Part shown: positions 35,356-43,590 of the stretch, one piece after another
Position numbering within the stretch: the stretch's first letter is position 1
How the letters are laid out: every line of letters starts with the position of its first letter
From: Gemmatimonadota bacterium
GTDB lineage: Bacteria > Gemmatimonadota > Gemmatimonadetes > Gemmatimonadales > GWC2-71-9
Direction: 5' to 3'
Assembly: GCA_040002695.1 (NCBI GenBank)
Contig: JBDUEA010000001.1
Span: forward strand, 1-57,751
DNA length: 57,751 bases
Program-made: the position numbers and the translations under genes
Notes under the pieces: model-generated
The model's database searches: none
What the model was told of the DNA's origin: nothing
Seen by the model: the letters and a program-made list of their open reading frames with translations, nothing else

Positions 35356-35388
35356 CTATCCGACCTCTCCGCCATCCGTGCGGCTCAT

Positions 35389-36369
35389 TCAACTCTCGCG
35401 TCCCCAGTCGCTCTGCCCCCGGTAGGCCCGCCGCTTGTCGAGCTGCCAGATGCCGCGGCTGCTCACCAATCCGTCCCCGCTGAAATTGTTCGCGTCGGCG
35501 AGTGCCTCGGACATGCTGGCCGTCTTGGCGCTGGCGTTGTCCGCATAGTGCAGCACCTCGGCCTCGAGCGTCATCGGCGTCACGGGTGCGCCGAACTCGA
35601 GCTTCCCGTGATGCGACAGAATCATGTGATGCAGAATCTGCAGCTCGCGATCGGTGCAGACCTCCTCCTCCTGCTCGCCCACGACGCGGTCGAGCATTAG
35701 GCAGCCCAGCACGACATGGCCGAGGAGCGAACCGCATTCGGTCATCTCGAACGCGCCCCGCCAGCTGTAACTCTCAAGCTTCCCGATATCATGCAGGAGC
35801 ACGCCGGCGAGCACGAGGTCGATGTCAGCGTGACAAACCTTGCTGATCGCGCGCGCGATGGTGGCGACTTCACAGGTGTGCTTGAGCAGTCCGCCCAGCT
35901 CGGCGTGATGTCCGCTGAGGCTCGCGGGGCATTCCTCGTATCGCTCCCGGAATTGCGGGTCATCGAAGAACAGCGCGAGTGTCCCTGCGAGTCGAGCGCC
36001 GCGGATTTCCGCGCGCCATCCATCGAGCGTTCTCCAGAACAGCGAGACATCGCCGACCGACGGCATCAGCTGCCGCCAGTCGAGTGAATTGCGGGGCAGC
36101 GCGCGAATCGAGGAAACCTTGAGCTGGCGCCGATCCCGGTAGGAGGTGACCTCACCGATCACCTGCACGGGGTCTCCCTTCCCGATTCCGGCAATCTTGC
36201 CTTGATCCGAGCTCCAGAACGGCGCCGTCTGTATCCGCCCGGTACTGTTGCTCAGGGTGAGTATGGTGTGCGGATTGTCCCCGGTTCGCAGCTCAACTTC
36301 GAGCACGAGCAGCGGGTCCTGAATCCGTTCGCCGACGGGGATGGTGGTCAGATCGCGATGATCGAGCAT
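35389..36369 (-). CDS. OB-fold plus HD-domain 3'-5' exoribonuclease (YhaM-like)
   Basis: The N-terminus is OB-like (DPLLVLEVELRTG...ILTLSNSTGRI). HD motifs: LLHDIGK and LSHHGKLEFG. I prefer the ATG at 36369; the track ORF starts at the GTG at 36447. Confidence 0.75.
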   Translation of the reverse strand: MLDHRDLTTIPVGERIQDPLLVLEVELRTGDNPHTILTLSNSTGRIQTAPFWSSDQGKIAGIGKGDPVQVIGEVTSYRDRRQLKVSSIRALPRNSLDWRQLMPSVGDVSLFWRTLDGWRAEIRGARLAGTLALFFDDPQFRERYEECPASLSGHHAELGGLLKHTCEVATIARAISKVCHADIDLVLAGVLLHDIGKLESYSWRGAFEMTECGSLLGHVVLGCLMLDRVVGEQEEEVCTDRELQILHHMILSHHGKLEFGAPVTPMTLEAEVLHYADNASAKTASMSEALADANNFSGDGLVSSRGIWQLDKRRAYRGQSDWGRES

Positions 36370-36514
36370 GGACGGGCGCTCTCCTGGTTGCCGCAAACAT
36401 ATGAACGCGGACTGCGATGTGCCATCGCGAGATCCTTCGCGCGACACGTCATTCGTGGCTCAGTCGTGACGCAAGCGTGGCACCGACGATGACTACTGAT
36501 GCGAGAATTCCGTC

Positions 36515-37708
36515 ATGCGCATCACGCTGGTCACCGATACGTATCTGCCCGAAGTCAACGGCGTCACGACAGTGCTCTCCACCATGCGAGCGGGCCTGAT
36601 GCTACGGGGTCACCATGTCCAGGTGATCTGTCCGGCTTATCCATCGGCGGTGCGGGAGGATGCGGAGGTCGTCCGTCTCCCATCGATATCGTGCCCGGGA
36701 TACCCGGCGCTCAGGCTGAGCTTCCCCTGGCACCCGGCAGTCGCTCGCTCAATACGGCGCTTCGCGCCCGACATCGTCCATGCCGCCACCGAAGGACCAC
36801 TCGGGTCGGCGGGGCGCCGCTTCGCACTACGGAAGCGCATCCCGTTCGCCAGTTCCTATCACACCGACTTCCCGCGCTACGCGGCCGAATATCTGGGACG
36901 CTGGGCGGTTGCACCCACGCGGGAGCATCTCCGCCGCTTCCACTCGGCGGCACTGTTCACCCAGACCCCAAGCGCCTTCATCCGCGACGAATTGAAGACC
37001 CTGGGAGTTCCATCACCGGTCGTTTGGGGCCGCGGCGTCGATGCGAAGCACTTCACCCCGGATCGACGGAGCGCTGTTCGGCGAGCAGCAGCCGACACCG
37101 GCGTCCGCGTGCTTCACGTGGGGAGGCTCGCCGTCGAGAAAGCCACCGGCACGCTGATCGAGGCGTTTCAACGCGCGCATTTGCTGCTCGGTGCGGAGGC
37201 AACGTTCTGCATCGCCGGAGAGGGACCCCGGAGCCGAGAGGTGCGGGAACGGCTTCCCTTTGTCCGGCACCTGGGTTTTCTCGACCGACAGACGCTCGCC
37301 GATCTCTATGCCGACGCGGATCTGTTTCTCTTTCCATCCGCGACCGAGACCTGTGGCCTGGTCGCCCTGGAGGCGATGGCGTGCGGGCTCCCGGTGATCG
37401 GTGCCCGCGCCGGCGGTGTCGCGGAAAACATTCGGCACGGTCTTACCGGTCTGCTGGTGGCGCCAGGCCATTCGGAGGGGTTCGCCTCGGCGATCGTTGA
37501 GCTGGTTCGCGACTGCGCTCGACGCGAGGCGATGTCCCAGGCGGCGCGCGCCTTTGCCGTGGCGTGCGACTGGCAACGCGAACTGGACGACCTTGTCCAT
37601 ATGTACCAGTGTGCCGTGTTCGGGGCAGCAGGCCGCGGAGGAAAAAAATCTCCCCGCATCATCCCCGCTGACGCATCGGTTCTCCGCCCCGTTCGCCATC
37701 AGGTGTAA
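36515..37708 (+). CDS. GT4-family glycosyltransferase (group 1)
   Basis: MRITLVTDTYLPEVNGVTTVL is a typical N-terminus. The C-terminal part has FPSATETCGLVALEAMACGLPVI (E-x7-E region). Confidence 0.85.
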   Translation: MRITLVTDTYLPEVNGVTTVLSTMRAGLMLRGHHVQVICPAYPSAVREDAEVVRLPSISCPGYPALRLSFPWHPAVARSIRRFAPDIVHAATEGPLGSAGRRFALRKRIPFASSYHTDFPRYAAEYLGRWAVAPTREHLRRFHSAALFTQTPSAFIRDELKTLGVPSPVVWGRGVDAKHFTPDRRSAVRRAAADTGVRVLHVGRLAVEKATGTLIEAFQRAHLLLGAEATFCIAGEGPRSREVRERLPFVRHLGFLDRQTLADLYADADLFLFPSATETCGLVALEAMACGLPVIGARAGGVAENIRHGLTGLLVAPGHSEGFASAIVELVRDCARREAMSQAARAFAVACDWQRELDDLVHMYQCAVFGAAGRGGKKSPRIIPADASVLRPVRHQV

Positions 37709-37819
37709 CTCCGCTGCCGCCTGCGCGTCTCCCGTCTGTCGTTCCCACTCGGGAGCCCACAGTGGAGACGTCTCCTCCTGCCCGTGGCTCCCCTTCATCC
37801 TCTGATGTAGGTTGGTCAC

Positions 37820-38212
37820 ATGAAGGCGACGCATATCCTCATCGTGGACCACGATAGCGTCCGGCGTGAGCAGCTCGCGGACGCGCTTCGAGTTGCCGGC
37901 CATCTGCCGGTTCTCGAGGCGGAATCCAATTCGGCAGCGCAGGCGCTCGACGTGCCCGGCCTCGACCTCGTGCTGCTCGACCTGACGCATCCGGGACTGG
38001 ATCCCGCGGCGCTCCGGCGGCTGCTGGCCCCTGATGAGCCCGCGCGTCCCGATCCGCTTGAAGCGGCCGAGCGTCGTCACATCGCCGCGGCACTGGAATA
38101 CACCCACGGCAATCGCCGGCGCACGGCGCATCTGCTTGGCATCGCGCGGTCAACGTTACTGGCGAAGGTCCGCAAGTATGGACTGGACGCCGCTCCCGGA
38201 ACGGCGCCCTGA
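37820..38212 (+). CDS. Short receiver-like domain fused to a Fis-type HTH (130 aa)
   Basis: ILIVDHDSVRREQL...DLVLLDLTHPGLD is receiver-like but lacks the distal half. It is followed by AAERRHIAAALEYTHGNRRRTAHLLGIARSTLLAKVRKYGL (HTH_8). Confidence 0.6.
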   Translation: MKATHILIVDHDSVRREQLADALRVAGHLPVLEAESNSAAQALDVPGLDLVLLDLTHPGLDPAALRRLLAPDEPARPDPLEAAERRHIAAALEYTHGNRRRTAHLLGIARSTLLAKVRKYGLDAAPGTAP

Positions 38213-38793
38213 TGCGACTCGAGATTCTGACTCTGCTCGGACTCGCAAGCGCCTCCGTCGCTCGAATGGAGGCGCAGGTGCCTTTCCGAAATGGCAACGT
38301 CACGTCGGGCACGCTCAGTTTCGACGGCCACGCGACCGCAGGGGATTTCACTGGCAACACCGCCGTCGTGACCGGGCATGTGTCCGGCGCGTCCCTGGAG
38401 GCGAGTGAAGGCTGGGTCGAGGCGCCGGTCACGACACTCAAGACCGGAAACGACCATCGCGATCGTGACCTCAACAAGTCCATGGAGTCCGAGAAGTATC
38501 CGACGATCCGCTTCGAGCTTCATGACGTGACCCAGGGCGCAACAGCGGGGGACAGCACCACGGTGACATTGCATGGGCGCTTCCTGATTCACGGGGTCAC
38601 GCGACCGGTCGCTCTCCCGGCGACACTCGCGATGCGATCCGGCGGAGTGCACCTCACCAGTTCGTTCCCACTCAATCTCAAGGACTACGAGATCGGTGGA
38701 CTTTCCAAGATGCTGGGCATGCTCAAGATGTATCCGGACATCGTCGTCCATGTCGATCTGAACATCGACGAGGCCAAGACCGACCAGAACTGA
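38212..38793 (+). CDS. YceI-family periplasmic protein
   Basis: Signal peptide present. Motifs: VTTLKTGNDHRDRDLNKSMESEKYPTIRFEL...HGVTRPVALP. The ATG overlaps the upstream stop by 1 nt. Confidence 0.8.
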   Translation: MRLEILTLLGLASASVARMEAQVPFRNGNVTSGTLSFDGHATAGDFTGNTAVVTGHVSGASLEASEGWVEAPVTTLKTGNDHRDRDLNKSMESEKYPTIRFELHDVTQGATAGDSTTVTLHGRFLIHGVTRPVALPATLAMRSGGVHLTSSFPLNLKDYEIGGLSKMLGMLKMYPDIVVHVDLNIDEAKTDQN

Positions 38794-38875
38794 TCCCGCC
38801 TCGCGCGCACGCCGGTTTTCCAATCCCACCAGAGGCCGCGGCCCGCCAATTTCCTGCCCAAACCGCTACGGCGAA

Positions 38876-39304
38876 TTACTGGACCCGGACCCGCCCGTAT
38901 CTGGAAATGATGACCTGACGGCTGGCTACCCCGCGACCAAGCAGGAACGTAGCGTTGGACAGTCCGAGGGTGATTCCCAGCGGAGAAAAGACGAGTGGCC
39001 GGACCGGTCCGCTGAGGGTGACGCCGATACCGCCCGCGCCGGCGGCGGACCAGCGTGGCAGCGTGTCGACGCCGTCGATGACGCTCAATATCAGGCTGTC
39101 CGGCCGGATGAGCAGCAGGGCGGGGCGACTCTCCGTCACGGCCATCATGCGTGCCCGATTGTGCGCTGAGGCGATCTGGCGGGCGGCTTCTTCGACAGCC
39201 AGGCGGTCCCGTGCGGCGTTCAGAACCGGGAGGACCGCCAGGAGCAATATCCCGATGGCAGCGATGGCAATCAGGAGTTCGATGAGGACAAAGCCCTTGC
39301 GCAT
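38876..39304 (-). CDS. Prepilin-type N-terminal methylation-domain protein (GspH/FimT-like minor pilin)
   Basis: MRKG/FVLIELLIAIAAIGILLLAV has the class III signal (G-1, F+1, E+5). The track ORF extends to 39343. Confidence 0.75.
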   Translation of the reverse strand: MRKGFVLIELLIAIAAIGILLLAVLPVLNAARDRLAVEEAARQIASAHNRARMMAVTESRPALLLIRPDSLILSVIDGVDTLPRWSAAGAGGIGVTLSGPVRPLVFSPLGITLGLSNATFLLGRGVASRQVIISRYGRVRVQ

Positions 39305-39467
39305 GCGGGGAATTTTAGTAGGGAATTGCGGATCGATTCCCATCAGAAACGCACGCCGTTACGGCAGGAAAATGCATTCGTCCGCCGGTACTTGCCCTCA
39401 CCCGTCTGAGTGACGATACTAGCCTTAATCCATCAGGAAACACCGCCACCCTTAGAGAGGCTGGTCC

Positions 39468-40757
39468 TTGCTAACCTCCCTGCGGCTCTTTGGTACCCCG
39501 GAACATCCGGACGCCATGACGCATGCGCCCTTCCTCGATCGGGCGCGCTCCGAACGCGAGCAGGGGAGACAGGAATCTTCGCTCATCGCTCTTGGGGCCT
39601 ATCTGGTGGCGCGACTGGTCTCGAGGCTGCATCTTGCCACTGGGGCTGATGAAGACCGCGAGAGTTTCCGCTGGCAACTCGAGAGCACCCGCAAGTTCAT
39701 CCGCGATCTGCGGCAGGACGCTCCGGAAACCGCGCATCTCTCCGGGGTCGTGGAAGCCGCGGGGACCAACCCTCCGGAACTTGCTTCGGTCCGCATTGGC
39801 CTGATGGCGTACGCGTATTTCCTCGAGCATGAATCCCGGATGTCCGAGGCGCTCGAGGTGCTGGCGAACGTTGGCCAGTGTTACGCGGGAGACATACCCG
39901 CTCCCGAATCCACTTCGCTCGCGCTGTTCGTTGCCCGGCTCAATCGAATGCTCGCGCGCTGGGACAGCGCGAACGACGCCTATCGCGCGGCGGAAGAAGC
40001 CGCGGTCCATTCCGGAGATCCGAGTGGCGCGCTGCTCTCCCGGCTGGGCCGGGCGAAAGTGATGAGCGGGCAGGGGAGCCTGGTCAATGCGCGGCGCGAA
40101 ATCGAGCGGATCATCACGGCGGGCACCGCGTCGGGTTTGCGTGATGTGGTGGGCCGGGCTTCACAGGACCTGGGCGCGGTACTGGGACAGCAGGGACTCA
40201 TGCTCGAATCGCTTCAGGCGCAGTTCCAGGCGTTCGAGTATACCGACGACGAAAGCGCGCGCTGCCGGATTCTCGGTGACCTTGGAGTTCTGCTGCGGGA
40301 ACTCGGCGCGACGGCCGCGGCGCAGCAGGCGTTCGCGATCGTGCTCAAGAGCCGATCGAGTTTTGCGGTGCGACAGAACGCGCAACTCGAACTGATGGAC
40401 ATTGAATCTTCGCAGGGCAACCGGGTGGCGTTCGAACGCCGGCGCCAGGAAGTCGAGAACGCCGCGGACCGCATGCCTCCCAGCATGGCGGTCGACTACC
40501 ACTACAAACTGGGAATCGGATTCGCCCGATTCGGGCAGATGGCCCGGGCCAGGCGTTCGCTTGCAGATGCGTTGCGGCTTGCCGAGGCGCACGCGCTCAA
40601 CGAATGGTACTTCCGCGTTGAGAGAATTTTGCAGAATCTCGAGGAGTGTCCGGAGCTCAAGCCAGCGCCCTCCGGCTCCGCCGAGGTCTGGGAGACCCCG
40701 GCGGTTGCGGAGGTGGCTGCGGGCCTGGAGCAGTTCGCCAGTCAACTCGCTGACTAG
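39468..40757 (+). CDS. TPR-like repeat protein (hypothetical regulator or scaffold)
   Basis: Helical repeat pattern throughout (for example YHYKLGIGFARFGQMARARRSLADALRLAEAH). The start is uncertain: TTG at 39468 or ATG at 39516. Confidence 0.55.
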   Translation: MLTSLRLFGTPEHPDAMTHAPFLDRARSEREQGRQESSLIALGAYLVARLVSRLHLATGADEDRESFRWQLESTRKFIRDLRQDAPETAHLSGVVEAAGTNPPELASVRIGLMAYAYFLEHESRMSEALEVLANVGQCYAGDIPAPESTSLALFVARLNRMLARWDSANDAYRAAEEAAVHSGDPSGALLSRLGRAKVMSGQGSLVNARREIERIITAGTASGLRDVVGRASQDLGAVLGQQGLMLESLQAQFQAFEYTDDESARCRILGDLGVLLRELGATAAAQQAFAIVLKSRSSFAVRQNAQLELMDIESSQGNRVAFERRRQEVENAADRMPPSMAVDYHYKLGIGFARFGQMARARRSLADALRLAEAHALNEWYFRVERILQNLEECPELKPAPSGSAEVWETPAVAEVAAGLEQFASQLAD

Positions 40758-40775
40758 TAACGGCTCCGCACTGGC

Positions 40776-40919
40776 TCAGCAGCGCGTATTGGAACCCTGC
40801 TGCTCGCACTTCGTGGTATCGAGGTTCGGCCGCGGTGCCGTGGTGTCGCTGCACGCCGAGACAACTACGCCGGACAGGACGAGCGCGAGGGCAACCGCAA
40901 AACGCTTGGTCGAAGACAT
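40776..40919 (-). CDS. Small lipoprotein (47 aa), not in the ORF track because it is under 60 aa
   Basis: My translation is MSSTKRFAVALALVLSGVVVSACSDTTAPRPNLDTTKCEQQGSNTRC. It has a signal peptide plus lipobox (VSAC). GAAAGGG lies about 9 nt upstream of the ATG. The length of 144 nt is in frame. Confidence 0.45.
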   Translation of the reverse strand: MSSTKRFAVALALVLSGVVVSACSDTTAPRPNLDTTKCEQQGSNTRC

Positions 40920-41024
40920 AGGCAAAACCCTTTCGAGTGATGAAGCGAAATCAGGGGGTTGCCCGTATGATGCCCAAAAGGCCGATCGGCACCTAGGGCT
41001 AATTCACGACAATGTGGGGCGTTA

Positions 41025-41825
41025 TTGCGACACGTCCTCGTTCTGACTGCTGTTCCAGCATCCCGCCTCGACCGGCTCAACTCGGTTGCGCCCGAGCGTG
41101 TGCAGATGCTGCCGGTGGCCGGATGGCACGAGATGATCGACACCATCCGCCGGGAGCCGGTAGAGATGGCGATCGTCGATCCGATGCTCGGTGGCCGTCC
41201 CCGGACGCACGAGATCGAACGTATCCGGCTGCTGTTTCCGTCGCTGCCGGTGATGCTGTACACGACTCTGGCGCCGGAAAGTGCGGGCATTCTGCTCGCG
41301 CTGGGGCGGGCAGGAATCCGGCGCGCGGTGTTCACCAGGTTCGATGACGCGCCGGGCAGTCTGCGTGCCGCCGTGATGGAAGAGCTCGAGCACACCGCAT
41401 CGCACCATGTCGTGCAGGCGCTGACTCGCCGGCTGGATGACCTTCCGGGCCGGCTCCGCTGGGTGTTCGAGACGGCGCTCGAGATGCCGGCGGAGCTGCT
41501 CACAGTCGACGAACTTGCGCGACGGGCCCAGATGAAGCGGCGCACCTGTGAGCGCTGGTTCGCTCGGTCGGGACTGCCGTCCCCCCGTACGGTCCTCATG
41601 CTCGCGCGGCTGCTGTACGCGCACCGGCTGCTTCGCGACCCGGGCCATACGATCGAGGATGTGACGCTCAAACTCGGTTATGGAAGGACCAAGACGCTGC
41701 AGTTACAGCTCAAGGAAGTTTTCGGACTCACCGCAGGCGAGTTGCGCACTGCCATGACTACGGAGGCAGCGGTCGAATGGGTCACCGCACGCTATTTCCC
41801 CGGCATGCAGCAGGTGGCATCATGA
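41025..41825 (+). CDS. AraC-family transcription regulator with an N-terminal receiver-like (probably pseudo-receiver) domain
   Basis: The C-terminus is LTVDELARRAQMKRRTCERWF...IEDVTLKLGYGRTKTLQLQLKEVFGLTAGELR (HTH_18). The N-terminus has VEMAIVDPML but no acidic DD pair. TTG start. Confidence 0.7.
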   Translation: MRHVLVLTAVPASRLDRLNSVAPERVQMLPVAGWHEMIDTIRREPVEMAIVDPMLGGRPRTHEIERIRLLFPSLPVMLYTTLAPESAGILLALGRAGIRRAVFTRFDDAPGSLRAAVMEELEHTASHHVVQALTRRLDDLPGRLRWVFETALEMPAELLTVDELARRAQMKRRTCERWFARSGLPSPRTVLMLARLLYAHRLLRDPGHTIEDVTLKLGYGRTKTLQLQLKEVFGLTAGELRTAMTTEAAVEWVTARYFPGMQQVAS

Positions 41826-42226
41826 AGCGGCGCATTCTGGTCGTCGACGATGACGCGCAGATTCGTCATGCGCTGATCCGCGCCCTCGAGCGCCAGCAGT
41901 ATGAAGTGATCTCCGCCGCCGGCGGAGATTCCGCCTACGCCGTGCTGTCCGAGACCCACGTCGACCTGGTACTGCTCGATCTCGTGATGCCGCAGATGTC
42001 GGGTGACGCGCTCTTCCTCGCGATCATCCGTCGCTGGCCGGCGCTCCGGGGCCGGGTCATCCTGATCTCCGGCGATATCCATTCGTCGCGCGATCAGTGG
42101 CCCGCGGAGCTCAAGGCGTGCCGTGTGCTGGAAAAGCCCTTCGGCCTCGCCGAGCTCTACCGCGCGGTCGAACTCGCGTTGATTGAAGAAGAGCTCCCTC
42201 CGTTCCAGCAGACCAGCAACGCATGA
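41822..42226 (+). CDS. Stand-alone CheY-like response regulator receiver
   Basis: MKRRILVVDDDAQIRH...DLVLLDLVMPQMSG...ILISGD...LEKPF. The ATG overlaps the upstream stop by 4 nt. Confidence 0.85.
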   Translation: MKRRILVVDDDAQIRHALIRALERQQYEVISAAGGDSAYAVLSETHVDLVLLDLVMPQMSGDALFLAIIRRWPALRGRVILISGDIHSSRDQWPAELKACRVLEKPFGLAELYRAVELALIEEELPPFQQTSNA

Positions 42227-42918
42227 GCGCCACGCTCGCGAGCGCCAGTGTGAACGCGCAGGATCCCCTGGGCACGTTGCGCGAATACGCGGCACTCGCG
42301 CCCTGGAGTCTCCGTGACCTCACCGCGCTGGCCGGCGCGATTCTCGAGACTTCGGGCATCTTTCCGGTGAATGCCGCCGCGCGCGCCCGTCCCACCGAAC
42401 GCACCATCCGCTTCTACGTCGCGCGCAGGCTGGTGAGTCCGCCGGAGGGACGCGGAACCGCCGCCATCTACGGCTACCGGCACTTGCTGCAGGTGCTCGC
42501 GATCAAGCTGCGCCAGATGGACGGTGTGACGCTCGATGCACTGATCAGGGAGTTCGCTGGTCTGGGTGGAGACGTGATTGAACGGCGGGTGGCAGGCGCG
42601 CTGGGCGCCGCGCTGCCATCGCCCTCCCGGCTTTCGCTCGATCCGATGGGGGCGCCGCGCGGCAAGGTGGCGAGGGCGCTGCAGGGGTGGCACCACCCGG
42701 TGGACGCCGAGCAGCGAGGGACGATCGGAGCTGCCCGCGAGGCGCGCGGTCGCGGCTGCCGGCGCTTTCAGCTGGCGCCGGGCATCGAGCTACTCGTCGA
42801 TGAACCGCACGCGCTGCTTCGAACCGAAGGGGGCGACCTCGCGATCGCCGCCGCGCTGCGTGCGGCACTCGACCGGCTGCTGGGCCACGAATCTTCAAGC
42901 GATCGGTTGCGGCAGTGA
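42223..42918 (+). CDS. MerR-like HTH protein with an unknown C-terminal domain
   Basis: TERTIRFYVARRLVSPPEGRGTAAIYGYRHLLQVLAIKLRQ resembles the MerR-type HTH and wing. 4-nt overlap with the receiver gene. Confidence 0.5.
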   Translation: MSATLASASVNAQDPLGTLREYAALAPWSLRDLTALAGAILETSGIFPVNAAARARPTERTIRFYVARRLVSPPEGRGTAAIYGYRHLLQVLAIKLRQMDGVTLDALIREFAGLGGDVIERRVAGALGAALPSPSRLSLDPMGAPRGKVARALQGWHHPVDAEQRGTIGAAREARGRGCRRFQLAPGIELLVDEPHALLRTEGGDLAIAAALRAALDRLLGHESSSDRLRQ

Positions 42919-43484
42919 TTCTCATCATCCTGGTCGGTCTCGTCGGAGCCGTGCTCTTCTGGCTGATGAGCACTTACAATGGTCTCATTGCGCTCAAGAA
43001 CCAGGTGGCGAACGCGTGGAAGCAGATCGACGTCCAGCTCAAGCGCCGGCACGACCTGATTCCCAATCTCGTGAACACCGTGAAGGGCGCGATGGATTTC
43101 GAGAAGACCACCCTCGAGGCGGTCATCTCGGCGCGCAACAAGGCGGTGAGCGCGACCGGCGTGCCGGCGACCGCGCAGGCTGAAGGGCAACTCACGCAGG
43201 CGCTGGGCAAGCTGTTTGCGCTGACGGAGGCGTATCCCGATCTCAAGGCCACGGGCAACGTCGCGCAGCTGCAGGAAGAGCTGACCAGCACCGAAAACAA
43301 GATCGGGTTCGCACGGCAGCTCTACAACGACACTGCGACGCAGTACAACACCCGCCAGATGCAGTTCCCCGCCAATCTCGTTGCCGGCATGGCCGGCGCC
43401 CGTCCCGCGGAGCTCTGGGAAATCCAGGATTCGGCGGAACGTGCCGTTCCTGTCGTGGACCTCACGAACAAGCCGGCGAGCTGA
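42915..43484 (+). CDS. LemA-family membrane protein
   Basis: N-terminal TM segment, then YNGLIALKNQVANAWKQIDVQLKRRHDLIPNLVNTVKG...YPDLKA...FARQLYND. The GTG overlaps the upstream stop by 4 nt. Confidence 0.9.
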   Translation: MILIILVGLVGAVLFWLMSTYNGLIALKNQVANAWKQIDVQLKRRHDLIPNLVNTVKGAMDFEKTTLEAVISARNKAVSATGVPATAQAEGQLTQALGKLFALTEAYPDLKATGNVAQLQEELTSTENKIGFARQLYNDTATQYNTRQMQFPANLVAGMAGARPAELWEIQDSAERAVPVVDLTNKPAS

Positions 43485-43590
43485 TCGCGACGGCTCCTGC
43501 GTCCGGCACGACTGATTGAACCACGAGAGTGCATCCGATGCGTTCAGTCAGCGATTCACCCAATTATCGTAAGCCGATACTTCCCGCCGC

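Noticed and set aside
34761-35388. Assignment of the 628-nt spacer to tmRNA, RNase P RNA, SRP RNA or 5S rRNA
   Set aside because: None of the class hallmarks could be found on either strand:
- No tRNA-like T-arm or CCA end and no Ala-rich tag frame.
- No GAGGAAAGTCCGG P4 motif.
- A GGAAGCAG string and an AGGTGAAGCC string resemble SRP and 5S fragments only superficially and lack the surrounding helices.

I kept it as an unclassified candidate instead.
39327-39342. Sigma-54-type promoter (TGGGAA-N5-CCGCA, GG/GC spacing correct) upstream of the minor pilin gene on the minus strand
   Set aside because: Only the GG and GC dinucleotides match the consensus. It would leave a ~13-nt leader without a ribosome-binding site. 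It also lies inside the alternative longer reading frame. This is too weak to call.
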